Below, in pieces: positions 52,462 through 62,667 of a DNA stretch of 64,000 nt (within the stretch, counting starts at the first letter, position 1; each line of letters opens with the position of its first letter). The position numbers were made by a program, and so were the translations under genes. Origin of the DNA: an uncultured Chloroflexia bacterium (GTDB taxonomy: Bacteria > Chloroflexota > Limnocylindria > Limnocylindrales > CSP1-4); NCBI GenBank assembly GCA_963813335.1, contig CAWEYL010000003.1, forward strand, positions 288,001-352,000, written 5' to 3'. The notes under the pieces are model-generated. The model was given only the letters and a program-made list of their open reading frames with translations. It did no database searches and had not been told where the DNA came from.

Positions 52462-54597
52462 CTATGGCGCGTCCACGACCATGAGCGCGTCGAGCGCCAT
52501 GGCCCCTTGACCGGCTCGATACACGACCACCGGGTTCAAGTCGATCTCGCGGATCGAGGGCTGGGCGCGGAGGATCGCAGCCACGCGCGCGATGATCCGG
52601 GCGACGGCCTCGACGTCCGACGGCTCTGCCCCTCGGAAGCCGCGCAACGATGCACCCAGCTTGAGCCGCTGCAGCTCACGCACGATGCCTGGCACCGTCA
52701 GGTCCGGCGGCAACACCCGGTAGTCCTCCAGCAGCTCCGCCTGCACGCCTCCAAAGCCAACGAGGAGGACCGTGCCCCAGTCCGGATCATTGCGACCGCC
52801 CACGATGAGCTCGATGCCGGGTCGACTCATCCGTTCGACGAGGACGCCGTCAAGCGCGACACCTGGGGAGTGCTCCGCGACAGCCGCGTGCAACGTGCGC
52901 CAGCCCCGATCGAGCTCTGCGGCGTTCTGTACATCGAGGATCACGCCCCCCGCATCGCTCTTGTGCGAGAGCTCGACGGCCTGCGCCTTCAACGCCACTG
53001 GGAAGCCAAGGGAGGTCGCCGCGTCATGAGCCTGGTCCACGGTCACGACGAATCGACGTCGCGGAAACGGGATCCCCATCGGCGCCAGCAGCTCTTTCGC
53101 GCGGTATTCCGCCACGACGCCTTCGGGCATCTTGCCAAGGGCTTTGACGGCCGGTGCGGGTTCGCGCTCCTCGACATCGCGCTCCTCGAGGGCATGCACG
53201 CGTGCGACCGCGCGCAACGCACGCTCCGGCGACACGAAGCACGGCACGTGCAGCGTCCGCAGACGCTGCAGGTAGTGCTCAGGGACGGCGGCACCTTCAT
53301 CGAGGCCGGCGAAGATCACCGGTGTCCGGGGTCGCAGTCGTTCGACGGCGCCGATGATCGATGGGAACTTGAGATCCGATGTCTTGGCATCGGTCTGGAT
53401 GATGGCAAGGACGATGCTGCCAAAGCGCCGGTCGGGAAGCAGCGCCGCGAGCGTTCGGTGATAGAGATCCGGATCGACCAGGCCCTGAGCCGTCAGATCG
53501 AGTGGGTTGCTGACCGGGACGAACTGCGGCAGGGCGGCGCGCAAGGTCGGAGCGCTCGCGTCGGTCAGGACGGGCAGCGGCAGACCCACCTGCTCGCAGA
53601 GATCGAGGGTCAGCGCCTTGAAGGCGCCCGACTCCGTGATCACCGCGCTGCCGCCGCGCGGAAGGGTCGAGCAGCGCGACACGAGCTCCAGCACGTCACC
53701 GAGCTCTTCGAGGCTCTCGACCAGCACCACGCCGGCGCGTTCGACCAGCACGCTCATGACCCGGTAGTCGCCGGCCATGGCGCCCGTGTGCGTTGCCGCT
53801 GACGCTCTTGCCGCGCTGCTGCGGCCAGGATGCAGCAGCACGATCGGCTTCCCGCGACTGCGTGCGCGTCGCGCAAGCTCCAGGAACTGTCGTGGTCGTC
53901 GAAACTGCTCGACGATCATCCCGATCGCCTTCGTCATGGGATCGTCGAGCAGGTAGGCGACGTAGTCCTCGACGCCGCTCGCCGCTTCGTTACCCGTGGA
54001 AACGGAATACGAGACGCCGAGATCCCGGCTCGTGAGCATGACGTGGAGCACGGCCGCCATCGCCCCGCTCTGGGAGACGATGCCGATGCCGGGCTCCGCG
54101 AGCGCAAGCGCAGGTGTCTCGACGAAGGTGAGTGCCACGCGATCGACGTGATTGACGTAGCCGAGGCAGTTCGGTCCTTCGATCAACATCTCGCTTTGGG
54201 CAGCGATGCGCGCAAGCTCGAGTTGCTCGGCGCGACCGGCTTCACCGCCTTCAGCGAAACCCGCCGAGAAGATGACGGCCGCCCCGACCCTTCGACGCGC
54301 GAGGGCTCTGACGGCATCGAGGACGGCGGCTCGGGGGATCGCGAGCACGGCGGCATCGACATCGGACGGCAACTCATCGATGGAGCCGAGGCAGCGTCGG
54401 CCACCGATCTCGGCGCGGTTGGGATTGATGAGATAGACGTCGCCGCGGAACTGCATCCGGTCCAGGTTCGCGATGGTCGACGCCCCCAGCGCGCCGGGCG
54501 TGGCAGATGCGCCGACGATCGCGATCGACTTCGGCTTCAACAAGCGTTCGATCGCGCTCACCGGATAGCGAGCGCCGGCGCCCGTCTCTACCGGCAC
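52462..54597 (-). CDS. ferA: NDP-forming acyl-CoA synthetase, FerA-type feruloyl-CoA synthetase
   Basis: PKSIAIVGAS, GPNCLG, SQSGA, THTGAMAG, NPLDL, HKSDAGGV, EIDLNP; 711 aa, directly downstream of the hydratase/lyase. Confidence 0.8.
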   Translation of the reverse strand: MPVETGAGARYPVSAIERLLKPKSIAIVGASATPGALGASTIANLDRMQFRGDVYLINPNRAEIGGRRCLGSIDELPSDVDAAVLAIPRAAVLDAVRALARRRVGAAVIFSAGFAEGGEAGRAEQLELARIAAQSEMLIEGPNCLGYVNHVDRVALTFVETPALALAEPGIGIVSQSGAMAAVLHVMLTSRDLGVSYSVSTGNEAASGVEDYVAYLLDDPMTKAIGMIVEQFRRPRQFLELARRARSRGKPIVLLHPGRSSAARASAATHTGAMAGDYRVMSVLVERAGVVLVESLEELGDVLELVSRCSTLPRGGSAVITESGAFKALTLDLCEQVGLPLPVLTDASAPTLRAALPQFVPVSNPLDLTAQGLVDPDLYHRTLAALLPDRRFGSIVLAIIQTDAKTSDLKFPSIIGAVERLRPRTPVIFAGLDEGAAVPEHYLQRLRTLHVPCFVSPERALRAVARVHALEERDVEEREPAPAVKALGKMPEGVVAEYRAKELLAPMGIPFPRRRFVVTVDQAHDAATSLGFPVALKAQAVELSHKSDAGGVILDVQNAAELDRGWRTLHAAVAEHSPGVALDGVLVERMSRPGIELIVGGRNDPDWGTVLLVGFGGVQAELLEDYRVLPPDLTVPGIVRELQRLKLGASLRGFRGAEPSDVEAVARIIARVAAILRAQPSIREIDLNPVVVYRAGQGAMALDALMVVDAP

Positions 54598-54618
54598 GGG
54601 ACTGTCACGAGCAAGCCG

Positions 54619-55473
54619 TTAGGTCTTCCGGGACGGGTCGTAGGCCCCAAGCCCCGGCTTGTAGGCCTTGTCGTCGATGAACTGCTTGATGCCTTGCTTG
54701 CGACCCTCGTTGTCGAAGGAGTTGGCAGCCTCCTGCGCGCGCACCAGGTAGTCCTCTGCATTGTCGTAGGTCATCTCGCCGACGCGGCGGATCGCGTCCT
54801 TCGTCGCCTTCAGCGCCACCGGATTCTTCTCCAACAACGTGCGGGCGACCTGTTCGACCCGTGCTGCCAATGCGCTGAGCGGCACTGCTTCGTTCACCAG
54901 CCCCCACTCCGCCGCCTTCCGGCCATCGACGGTCTCGCCCGTCAACGCGTGATACATCGCCCGCCGGAATGTCAGCAGTTCGCGCGCGACCTTGGTCGCC
55001 CCGCCGCCCGGCAGGATCCCCCAGTTGATCTCGGAGAGTCCGAACTGGGCTTCCTCGGCGGCAAACGCCAGGTCGCAAGCGAACAACGGACCGTAGCCGC
55101 CGCCGAAGCACCAGCCATTCACCATCGCGATCGTCGGCTTCTGATACCAGCGGAGGCGCCGCCACCAACCGTAGGCCTCGCGTTGCGCGGCGCGAACGGC
55201 GCCCATGCCCTTGGCCTCGGTCTCGCGGAAATACTCGTTGAGATCCATGCCGGCCGACCACGACGAGCCCTCGCCGCTCAAGACCAGCACCCCGACATCG
55301 TCGCGGAACTCAAGCTCATCGAGGACCTGCATCATGCGCCGGTTCAGCTTGGGACTCATGCTGTTGCGCTTGTCCGGGCGGTCGAACCTGACCCAGGCGA
55401 TGCGATCGCGCACGTCGAACGCCACGAGCTGACCGTCAGCCCGCTTGGCGTTCCCCGCTCTAGCAGCGCTCAT
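54619..55473 (-). CDS. ferB: p-Hydroxycinnamoyl-CoA hydratase/lyase
   Basis: RPDKRNSMSP, AGMDL.EYFRE, NGWCFGGG, FGLSEINWGILPGG, KQFIDDK.YKPGLGAY. Confidence 0.93.
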   Translation of the reverse strand: MSAARAGNAKRADGQLVAFDVRDRIAWVRFDRPDKRNSMSPKLNRRMMQVLDELEFRDDVGVLVLSGEGSSWSAGMDLNEYFRETEAKGMGAVRAAQREAYGWWRRLRWYQKPTIAMVNGWCFGGGYGPLFACDLAFAAEEAQFGLSEINWGILPGGGATKVARELLTFRRAMYHALTGETVDGRKAAEWGLVNEAVPLSALAARVEQVARTLLEKNPVALKATKDAIRRVGEMTYDNAEDYLVRAQEAANSFDNEGRKQGIKQFIDDKAYKPGLGAYDPSRKT

Positions 55474-55520
55474 CGATCCAGGCCCTCGTGCGTCGGTGGT
55501 TGCCCGGCTTCGCCGTGGAG

Positions 55521-55537
55521 TGCTATACGCTATAGCG
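55521..55537. promoter_or_regulatory. Palindromic operator GCTATA-CGC-TATAGC (probable MarR/FerC site)
   Basis: AT-rich inverted repeat between the divergent ferB and MarR genes. Confidence 0.7.
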
Positions 55538-55582
55538 ATCGGCTCGTCGCCGACGATAGCAGAGGCTTGCGGCCTTGTTCAC

Positions 55583-56017
55583 ATGATCGATCCGCTGGTG
55601 GAGTATCCGGGTTACCTGTTGCGCCGCGCCTCCGTCGCGGCGATGGCCGACCTGGCCGATCGACTCAGCGTCCTGGGTCTTCGGCCGACGGAAGCGACCG
55701 TCCTGCTCGTGATCGATGCGAACCCGGGCGCCACCCTCAGTGACGTCGGCCGGCTGCTCCGGATCGCCAGCGCCAACATGGTGCCGCTGATCGCTCGTCT
55801 GGAGGCGCGGGACCTGATCGATCGTGAGCCGATGGACGGCCGATCGCAGGCATTGGTCCTCGCGCCGCTCGGCCGATCGTTGACCCAGGAGATCAAGGCC
55901 GTCGTGACCGAGCACGAGGCAACCCTGATCGAGAGGATCCCCGCCGGCGTACGCGGTGACTTCCTGGAGGCGTTGCGCACGATCTGGGCGGGAGGATCGA
56001 CCGCCGACGCCCGATGA
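55583..56017 (+). CDS. ferC: MarR family regulator (FerC-like)
   Basis: YPGYLLRRAS, L.IASANMVPLIARLE.R.LI, DGRSQ; divergent from ferBA. Confidence 0.8.
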   Translation: MIDPLVEYPGYLLRRASVAAMADLADRLSVLGLRPTEATVLLVIDANPGATLSDVGRLLRIASANMVPLIARLEARDLIDREPMDGRSQALVLAPLGRSLTQEIKAVVTEHEATLIERIPAGVRGDFLEALRTIWAGGSTADAR

Positions 56018-56066
56018 TCGCGCGGACAGGCGTCCGGCACCATCCGATGGGAGCCTCAGCCGAACG

Positions 56067-56441
56067 TCAGACCCGGCGCAGGCGCTCGAGCTCGCGCCGC
56101 AGGCGCTTGCTCGGCCGTCCCTCCCCACGGATGAGGACGATCCCCGGCCCGGCCTCGGGCACGACCGGCGGGCTGTGGTCCACGTAGCAGGTCGCGGCCA
56201 CGGGCGCCCCGACACGCGACTCGATCGGCCTCACGACCTCGACGATGCGCCGGCGATCGGCGATCAGGGCCTCCACCCGATCGCCGGCGCGGACCTTCGT
56301 CGACGGCTTCGCCGGTGATCCATTCACGAGGACGTGGCCGGCCTCGCACGACCGGGTCGCCAGCGGGCGGGTCTTCACCAGGCGCACCGCGCACAGCCAG
56401 CGGTCGATGCGCGTCTCGTCGGTGGCGTGGGGATCAGTCAC
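56067..56441 (-). CDS. hslR: RNA-binding S4 domain protein (Hsp15/HslR-like)
   Basis: RIDRWLCAVRLVKTR..A, G.V.VNG..AKPS, GRPSKR.RRE. Confidence 0.85.
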   Translation of the reverse strand: MTDPHATDETRIDRWLCAVRLVKTRPLATRSCEAGHVLVNGSPAKPSTKVRAGDRVEALIADRRRIVEVVRPIESRVGAPVAATCYVDHSPPVVPEAGPGIVLIRGEGRPSKRLRRELERLRRV

Positions 56442-56633
56442 GCGCTACAGGATGGCACGGGCCGAGAAGGCGTCGCGGCGGACTGGGCCTGGACAGCGGC
56501 ACTAGTCCCAGGCCCAGGCGAAGGCCGAGATGCGCCACCCGTCGGCCTCCTCGCGGAGCGCCGCCGTCAGGAAGCCTGTCCTCTCGACCGGCGCCGTCCT
56601 GCAGCCATCGCGCGCCGACGGGAACCACCACCG

Positions 56634-56651
56634 CCATGACACGCGTCATGG
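56634..56651. promoter_or_regulatory. Palindrome CCATGAC-ACGC-GTCATGG, probable DesR-type operator
   Basis: Perfect 7-bp arms upstream of the ABC/two-component operon. Confidence 0.6.
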
Positions 56652-56737
56652 TCGGTTCACGACGGGCGTGACTGAGCATGGCGGGGGCCGGGCGGGACAC
56701 TGGGGGCATGACCAACGCCCGTTCTGAGAGAGATCGC

Positions 56738-57715
56738 ATGCCGTTGACCGCAACCATCGACGTCGCGCCTGCTCCCGCCATGACCACTGCCGGTCACCAA
56801 GCCAAAGCGAGCAGTGTCGCGATCGACTTCCGCGCTGTCGAACGACGATTCGGCGACATCACGGCGATCGACGGAATGAACCTGACGATCCATGACGGTG
56901 AGACCGTCGCGCTGCTCGGTCCGAATGGGGCCGGCAAGTCGACCGCCATCGGGCTCATGCTGGGCCTCATCGAGCCCACCCGCGGTACGGTGACCACGCT
57001 CGGCCTGCCGCCCAGAGACGCGGTCGCCAGCGGTCGCATCGGCTCGATGCTCCAGGACGCGGGGCTGCCGATCAACGTCAGGGTGGGCGAACTCGTCGAC
57101 TTCGCTCGCCGCCTCTACCCCCACCCGCTTGCCCAGGACGACGTCATCGCGCGCGCCGGCCTGACCGACCTGACCGGGCGGTCTGTCGACCGCCTGTCCG
57201 GCGGCGAGGCGCAGCGAGTCCGGTTCGCGATCGCCATCGCCGGCGACCCGGATCTCGTCTTCCTGGATGAGCCGACCGTCTCCATGGATGTCGAGACGCG
57301 GTTGGCCTTCTGGGCCGACATGCGGCGGTCAGCCGCGGAGGGACGGACGATCCTGTTCGCCACCCATTACCTCGAGGAAGCCGACGACATGGCGGATCGC
57401 GTCATCGTCCTCGACCATGGCCGGATCGTCGCCGACGGCACCGGTCGATCGATCAAGCGCCGCGTCGGCGGCCGGATGATCCGGTTCGACCTCGCGGGCG
57501 CCGATCGCGCACGACTCGCTGCGTTGCCAGGGATCGAAACGGTCGAGATCCATGGCGACTCGGTCCGGTTGACGACAGCGGACAGCGACGACACGGTCCG
57601 TGCGCTACTCGAGTCGGGCCTCCCCGTCCGCGATCTCGAGGTGACCAGTCCTGGCCTCGAGGATGCGTTCATCGCCCTCACGTCGGCGCATGGCTCGAAG
57701 GAGTCCATCCTATGA
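56738..57715 (+). CDS. ABC transporter ATP-binding protein (YvfR-like)
   Basis: GPNGAGKST, LSGGEAQR, FLDEPT, THYLEEAD. Confidence 0.93.
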   Translation: MPLTATIDVAPAPAMTTAGHQAKASSVAIDFRAVERRFGDITAIDGMNLTIHDGETVALLGPNGAGKSTAIGLMLGLIEPTRGTVTTLGLPPRDAVASGRIGSMLQDAGLPINVRVGELVDFARRLYPHPLAQDDVIARAGLTDLTGRSVDRLSGGEAQRVRFAIAIAGDPDLVFLDEPTVSMDVETRLAFWADMRRSAAEGRTILFATHYLEEADDMADRVIVLDHGRIVADGTGRSIKRRVGGRMIRFDLAGADRARLAALPGIETVEIHGDSVRLTTADSDDTVRALLESGLPVRDLEVTSPGLEDAFIALTSAHGSKESIL

Positions 57716-58509
57716 CGGCCACCGCCACGGCCCGATCGGTGGGCGCCCTCGGGCCGGTTGCCGGCTTCATCTCGCTCGAGCTCCGGCGCGCACTCCGGAA
57801 TCGACGCTACGTGATGCTCGCGATCACGATTCCGGTCGCCTTCTACCTGCTGTACACGGGCGTGCTGTCCGGTGCCGCGACCGACGCCGACGCTCCCGTC
57901 GAGGGTCTCCCATGGCGCACGTACTTCATGATCTCGATGGCCGCGTACGCGGCGATCGGCGCCGCGCTTGGCGGCGCGATCGTCATCGCGCAGGAACGCG
58001 ACTCCGGTTGGACACGGCAGCTTCGCGTGACTCCGCTGCCCCCGGTTGCCTACGTCACGGGCAAACTGGTCGTCTCGTACGTCGTGACCGTGCCGGCCAT
58101 CGCGGCCGTCCTCATCGCGGGCTTGACACTCAACCACGTCGCGCTGTCGATCGAGACATGGCTGCTGCTCTTGGTGTCGCTCGGCGTCGGGGCCCTGCCG
58201 TTCGCCGCCCTCGGGCTGCTGATCGGATACGTGTTCGACGGCAACAGTGCCCAGGGCGCGACGATGCTCGGTCTCTTCGGCCTCGCGATCCTCGGCGGAC
58301 TGTGGGCGCCGATCTCGGCGTTCCCGGACGATGTCGCTACCATCGGACGCATGCTCCCGTCATTCCGGCTCGCGGACCTCGGGCGCGACGCGGCCGGTGG
58401 CCTCCCGCCCGACGGCACAGACGTCGCGATCCTCGCGCTGTACGCGGTGGTCGTCGGAGCCCTGACGATGTGGCGGTACCGATCCTCCGAGCAGCGCGCG
58501 AGTGACTGA
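57712..58509 (+). CDS. ABC-2 type permease (YvfS-like)
   Basis: ERDSGWTRQLRVTPL..Y..GK, LGGLW.P; ~6 TM helices. Confidence 0.9.
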   Translation: MTATATARSVGALGPVAGFISLELRRALRNRRYVMLAITIPVAFYLLYTGVLSGAATDADAPVEGLPWRTYFMISMAAYAAIGAALGGAIVIAQERDSGWTRQLRVTPLPPVAYVTGKLVVSYVVTVPAIAAVLIAGLTLNHVALSIETWLLLLVSLGVGALPFAALGLLIGYVFDGNSAQGATMLGLFGLAILGGLWAPISAFPDDVATIGRMLPSFRLADLGRDAAGGLPPDGTDVAILALYAVVVGALTMWRYRSSEQRASD

Positions 58510-59617
58510 CGGCGTGCGTTGGATCCCGGTATGGCGCGTCATCGGCGCGATCTTCGTCGCCTACCCGGTCGTCCGGATCCTCGCGGCGCCGCCGGAACCG
58601 GTCGTCGCTGTCCTGGTCCTCTCCGCGACCGCGATCTTCGCGCTGCTGATCGGCGTCCTGGCGCGACTCGACCCGCTCGACGAGCGACGCGGATCGCCGA
58701 CCATGGCCGCGCTCGACCTGGGGATCATCGGCCTGGCGACCGCGACCTTCGTCCGCGCGCCCGAGGACGGCTGGATCGCGCTGTTCTATTACGCGGCCAC
58801 GGCGGCCAGCCTGCTGCTGCCGGAACGACGAGCGATCGCCGTCATCATCCTGTCCGGTGTCATGTGCGCCGTCAGCCTGGGCGGCGTCGCCGATCTGGCC
58901 GATGCGCTCATCCAGGGCCTGTCCGTGTCGGTCATCGGGATCACGGTGTTTGCGATGGCCGCGTTGCGCCGCACGAATGCGGCGCTCGTCGCGACGCGCC
59001 AGGAACTTGCGACCTTGGCCGTGGCGGCGGAGCGCCATCGGATCGCTCGTGATCTGCACGACCTGCTCGGTCACAGCCTCTCCCTGATCGCGATCAAGAG
59101 TGAACTCGCCGGACGGTTGCTGCCAAGCGACCCGGATCGAGCCCGCTCGGAGATCTCGGACATCGAGCGGGTCGCCCGGGAGTCGCTGGCGTCCGTCCGC
59201 GAGACGGTCGGCGGCTATCGCCAGCCGACGCTCGAGCGCGAGCTGGCGGACGCGAAGGTCGCGCTCGATGCGGCCGGCATCGATCCGACGATCGACCATC
59301 GGGTCGGACCACTTCCCGCACCGGAGGACACCGTGCTCGCCTGGGCGCTGCGCGAGGCCGTCACCAATCTTGTCCGCCACAGTGCGGCCCGCCACAGCGT
59401 GATCCGGACATCCCGGGACGGAGCCGTGGCCGAACTCGAGGTGGTGGACGATGGTCCGGGACGGGCGACCGACATCGCGGCCGACGGGAGCGGCCTGGCC
59501 GGCCTGCGGGAGCGCCTGGAACGCATCGGCGGGCGGCTCGAGGCGGGCCGCCAGCCGACCGGCGGCTATCGACTCGTCGCGACGGTGCCGATCCCTGACT
59601 GGCCGAGGGTCTCATGA
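58502..59617 (+). CDS. DesK-like membrane sensor histidine kinase
   Basis: Multi-TM N-terminus, ERHRIARDLHDLLGHSLS.I.IKSELA, REAVTN.VRHS, GSGLAGLRER. Confidence 0.93.
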   Translation: MTDGVRWIPVWRVIGAIFVAYPVVRILAAPPEPVVAVLVLSATAIFALLIGVLARLDPLDERRGSPTMAALDLGIIGLATATFVRAPEDGWIALFYYAATAASLLLPERRAIAVIILSGVMCAVSLGGVADLADALIQGLSVSVIGITVFAMAALRRTNAALVATRQELATLAVAAERHRIARDLHDLLGHSLSLIAIKSELAGRLLPSDPDRARSEISDIERVARESLASVRETVGGYRQPTLERELADAKVALDAAGIDPTIDHRVGPLPAPEDTVLAWALREAVTNLVRHSAARHSVIRTSRDGAVAELEVVDDGPGRATDIAADGSGLAGLRERLERIGGRLEAGRQPTGGYRLVATVPIPDWPRVS

Positions 59618-60240
59618 CGGCGCCGATCCGCGTGCTCCTGGCTGAGGATCAGTCCATGGTGCGCGGTGCGATGGCGGCCTTGCTGTCGATGGAGGACGAT
59701 CTGGTGGTGGTCGGGCAGGTTCCAGACGGTGCCGCCGTCGTCCCGGAGGCGCTCCTTGTCCGGCCGGACGTCGCCGTCCTCGACATCGAGATGCCCGGCG
59801 TCAACGGATTGACCGCCGCGGCCGCTCTGCGTGCGGCGGTGCCCACGTGTCGCGTCCTCATCGTCACGACGTTCGGACGGCCGGGCTACCTGCGGCAGGC
59901 GATGGAGGCGGGAGCCACCGGATTCATCCTCAAGGATGCTCCGGCGAGCGAACTCGCTTCCGCCATCCGACGCGTCGCCGCGGGGCGTCGTGTGGTCGAC
60001 CCGTCGCTGGCCGTCGAGGCATTAGCGGAGGGCGCGAACCCACTCTCCGAGCGAGAGCGCCAAGTCCTCGAAGCAAGCATCGAGCAGGCGACGATCGCCG
60101 AGATCGCGGCGTCGATGTCGCTGAGCGAGGGCACCGTCCGCAACCACCTCTCCGCAGCGATCCAGAAGGTGGGCGCTCGCAATCGCGCCGAAGCCGCCAG
60201 GATCGCCCGCGACATGGGTTGGCTCGAGGCGACCGGCTGA
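59614..60240 (+). CDS. DesR-like response regulator
   Basis: LAEDQ.MVRGA, TTFGRPGYLR, NPLSERER, LSEGTVRNHLS. Confidence 0.93.
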   Translation: MTAPIRVLLAEDQSMVRGAMAALLSMEDDLVVVGQVPDGAAVVPEALLVRPDVAVLDIEMPGVNGLTAAAALRAAVPTCRVLIVTTFGRPGYLRQAMEAGATGFILKDAPASELASAIRRVAAGRRVVDPSLAVEALAEGANPLSERERQVLEASIEQATIAEIAASMSLSEGTVRNHLSAAIQKVGARNRAEAARIARDMGWLEATG

Positions 60241-60346
60241 CCAGCTGACCGGCGTCGATGGGGGCGAGAGGATCTGGCCCTCCCACTCGAGGAGCACACC
60301 CCGACGGGGGACTCGGCACCCACGCACTCGATGCTCCATGACCGAC

Positions 60347-61226
60347 CTACCGGGCCGAGACGCCGTCGAGGCCGACGAGGCGGGCGCTGACCTCCCACAG
60401 GCGGGCGGCGGCGGCGATGTCGTGTGAGGCCTCATTCGCGTTCCGTGGCCGGCCGTTGGCGAAATACGTACCCGTGACGCCCTCCACCTCCGACGACGAC
60501 GCCAGGTAGATCGACGTCGCGGCGCCCTGCTGCGGTGACTTCATGAACGGTCGCCAGAACGGCACGAGGAACTTGAAGATCCGCGAGGGATCCTCGGAGC
60601 CGAAGCCGCTGTTCACGACACCGGGGTGCAGCACGTTGGCCGTCACACCGGTGCCTGCCAAGCGACGGGCCAGCTCGTAGGTGAACATCACGCTGGCCAG
60701 CTTCGACTGGTTGTAGGCGTCCTGGCCGGAGTACCGACGCTCGCCCTGTAAGTCCTCGAAGTCGATCGTGCCGAGTGACTGGGCATTGGAGGACACGGTC
60801 ACGACCCGCGCCGGGGCAGCTGTCCTTCAGCCGATCGAGCAGCAAGTCGGTGAGCAGGAACGCCGCCAGATGGTTCACGGCGAAGGTGTGCTCGAGCCCA
60901 TCAGCTGTGACATGGCGGGTCGCCCAGAAGCCACCGACGTTGTTGATCAGGACATCGAGGCGCGGATAGGTGTCAAGCACCTCCGAGGCAACGCGGCGCA
61001 CCTCGGACTGAATTGACAGATCGGCGCCAAACGCCTTCACATCCGGATTGCCAGTCACACGGCGGATGTCGGCCGCCGCGTCCTCGGCACGCCCGAGGTC
61101 CCGGCCCGTGATGGCGACACAAGCACCCAGCGTGGCGAGTCCGACGGCTGTGGCCTTGCCGATGCCGGCAGTCCCGCCGGTGATCAGCACGACCTTGCCT
61201 GCCATCGACCCGTTGCTGCCAACCAT
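60347..61226 (-). CDS. SDR oxidoreductase (retinol-dehydrogenase-like), +1 frameshift at ~60821
   Basis: TGGTAGIG, LINNVG, TFAVNHLA; after the shift VTVSS, YNQSK (YxxxK), LHPGVV. Confidence 0.88.
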
Positions 61227-61305
61227 GGCCAACTCCTCGTACGTCTGGTGGTGGGCGCCGGTTGCGTTCCGGCGCCCACTCGACGGCATCACGAAACGAT
61301 GCCTG

Positions 61306-61723
61306 TCATGCAGTGGTAGGGCGGGAAGCAGGCTCCGACGTCCGGAGGGCCGTTCCGGACGCGCCATCGGGCCCGGCCACCAGGAAGGCGACCATCGCGA
61401 AGAAGCCGAAGTTGAAGATCCCCAGCAGGAGCAGGACCGGCGAACCACGTCTTGCTCTGGAGCTGCCAGGTGTTCAGCAGGGCTCCGATCCATGCGATGA
61501 GGCCCGCGATCAGGCCGCCAGCGATCGCGATGCCGCCGACGATCCCGAGGGGAAGCATCGACCACGCGAGCGGGCTGCCCCTGAGACCGACGATGTCGGG
61601 GCCGTTCATGACGAATGCGTCGTTCGCGTTTGCGATCGCCACGGCCACGATGGCCAGGATGGCGCCTGCGATGACGGCGAGCCCGCCGCCGATAAAGAGC
61701 CGGGTGACAGTTGCCTTGGACAT
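61306..61723 (-). CDS. Hypothetical membrane protein, +1 frameshift at ~61439
   Basis: WIGALLNT..L.SKTWF continues as VLLLLGIFNFGFFAMVAFLVAGPDG in the shifted frame; AAAGGAG RBS. Confidence 0.75.
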
Positions 61724-61812
61724 TGGATGTCTCCTTTCGAGTTGACGAAGGACCGTGGTGGTTGGTCCCGGCGATACGGCCGGTTGTTGCGCGAAGCGCC
61801 CCCTGTCGTTGG

Positions 61813-62583
61813 TCAGCTGGTCGCCACGAGGGCGTCGGCACGCACCGGTGCGACGGCATCTGCCAGATGGCGCTCCGAAGACCGGAACCCCTTGGCGATC
61901 AGCCAGACGCCGAAGGCGACTTCGAAGAGTCCACCGGGGATCGAAAGCAGCAGCGAGACATGGATCCCGAAGATCTCGGCGATCGCGCCAGTGAGGAGGA
62001 CCGCGTAGCCCACGACGCCCCACAGCGCGAGCGTCCGAGGGACCATTCGTGTTCGGAACACAAACCAGGTCATGAACAAGGCCCCGAATGCCAAGGTTCC
62101 CTCGCCAAGCTGGTAGGCCAGCGTATTGGCCTGCATCAGGAGCGATCCGAGCCCCGTGGCCCCGCTGTCGGCGGCGCCGGTGACGAATTCGCTCAGCGGC
62201 ACGAGCATCAGTAGGAACAGCACCCCCAGGTCCAGGAGGACGACTTGGGCGGTGATCGCGGCGAGGTAGACGAGCCCGGTGCGCTTGCCCCGGCGCTCAG
62301 CGATCGGGAAGAACAGCACGCCCTTCCCGATGTCGGTGGCGGTGTTGAGGAGCATGAGGAAGGCGCCGAGCAGCAACGTGGTCGAGTGTGCGGAAAGTGT
62401 GGCCATGAAGTCAGGCGCGGTCGTGACAGAACTCACCAGGCCGAAGCCGATTCCGTAGACCAGGAACCCGGCGATGAAGAGCGCCCCGAAGATCCTCGAA
62501 AAGCGCTTACCGGGCCCCTGCGGGTCCTCGATGGAATGGTTGGTAGAGGCGGCTGTGTCGCGGCCCTGAACGTTGGAAGTCAT
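61813..62583 (-). CDS. DUF4386 membrane protein
   Basis: GALFIAGF, RTRMVPR.LA.WGVVGY, IPGGLFEVAFGVWLIAKGF. Confidence 0.85.
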   Translation of the reverse strand: MTSNVQGRDTAASTNHSIEDPQGPGKRFSRIFGALFIAGFLVYGIGFGLVSSVTTAPDFMATLSAHSTTLLLGAFLMLLNTATDIGKGVLFFPIAERRGKRTGLVYLAAITAQVVLLDLGVLFLLMLVPLSEFVTGAADSGATGLGSLLMQANTLAYQLGEGTLAFGALFMTWFVFRTRMVPRTLALWGVVGYAVLLTGAIAEIFGIHVSLLLSIPGGLFEVAFGVWLIAKGFRSSERHLADAVAPVRADALVATS

Positions 62584-62667
62584 GTCATCTCCTTGTCGTT
62601 GTTGTGTCGTGTCGTCCGGGCCTCACGGCCGCGGTAGGTTGGAAGTGGCACGTGGCGTCCGCCGGCA

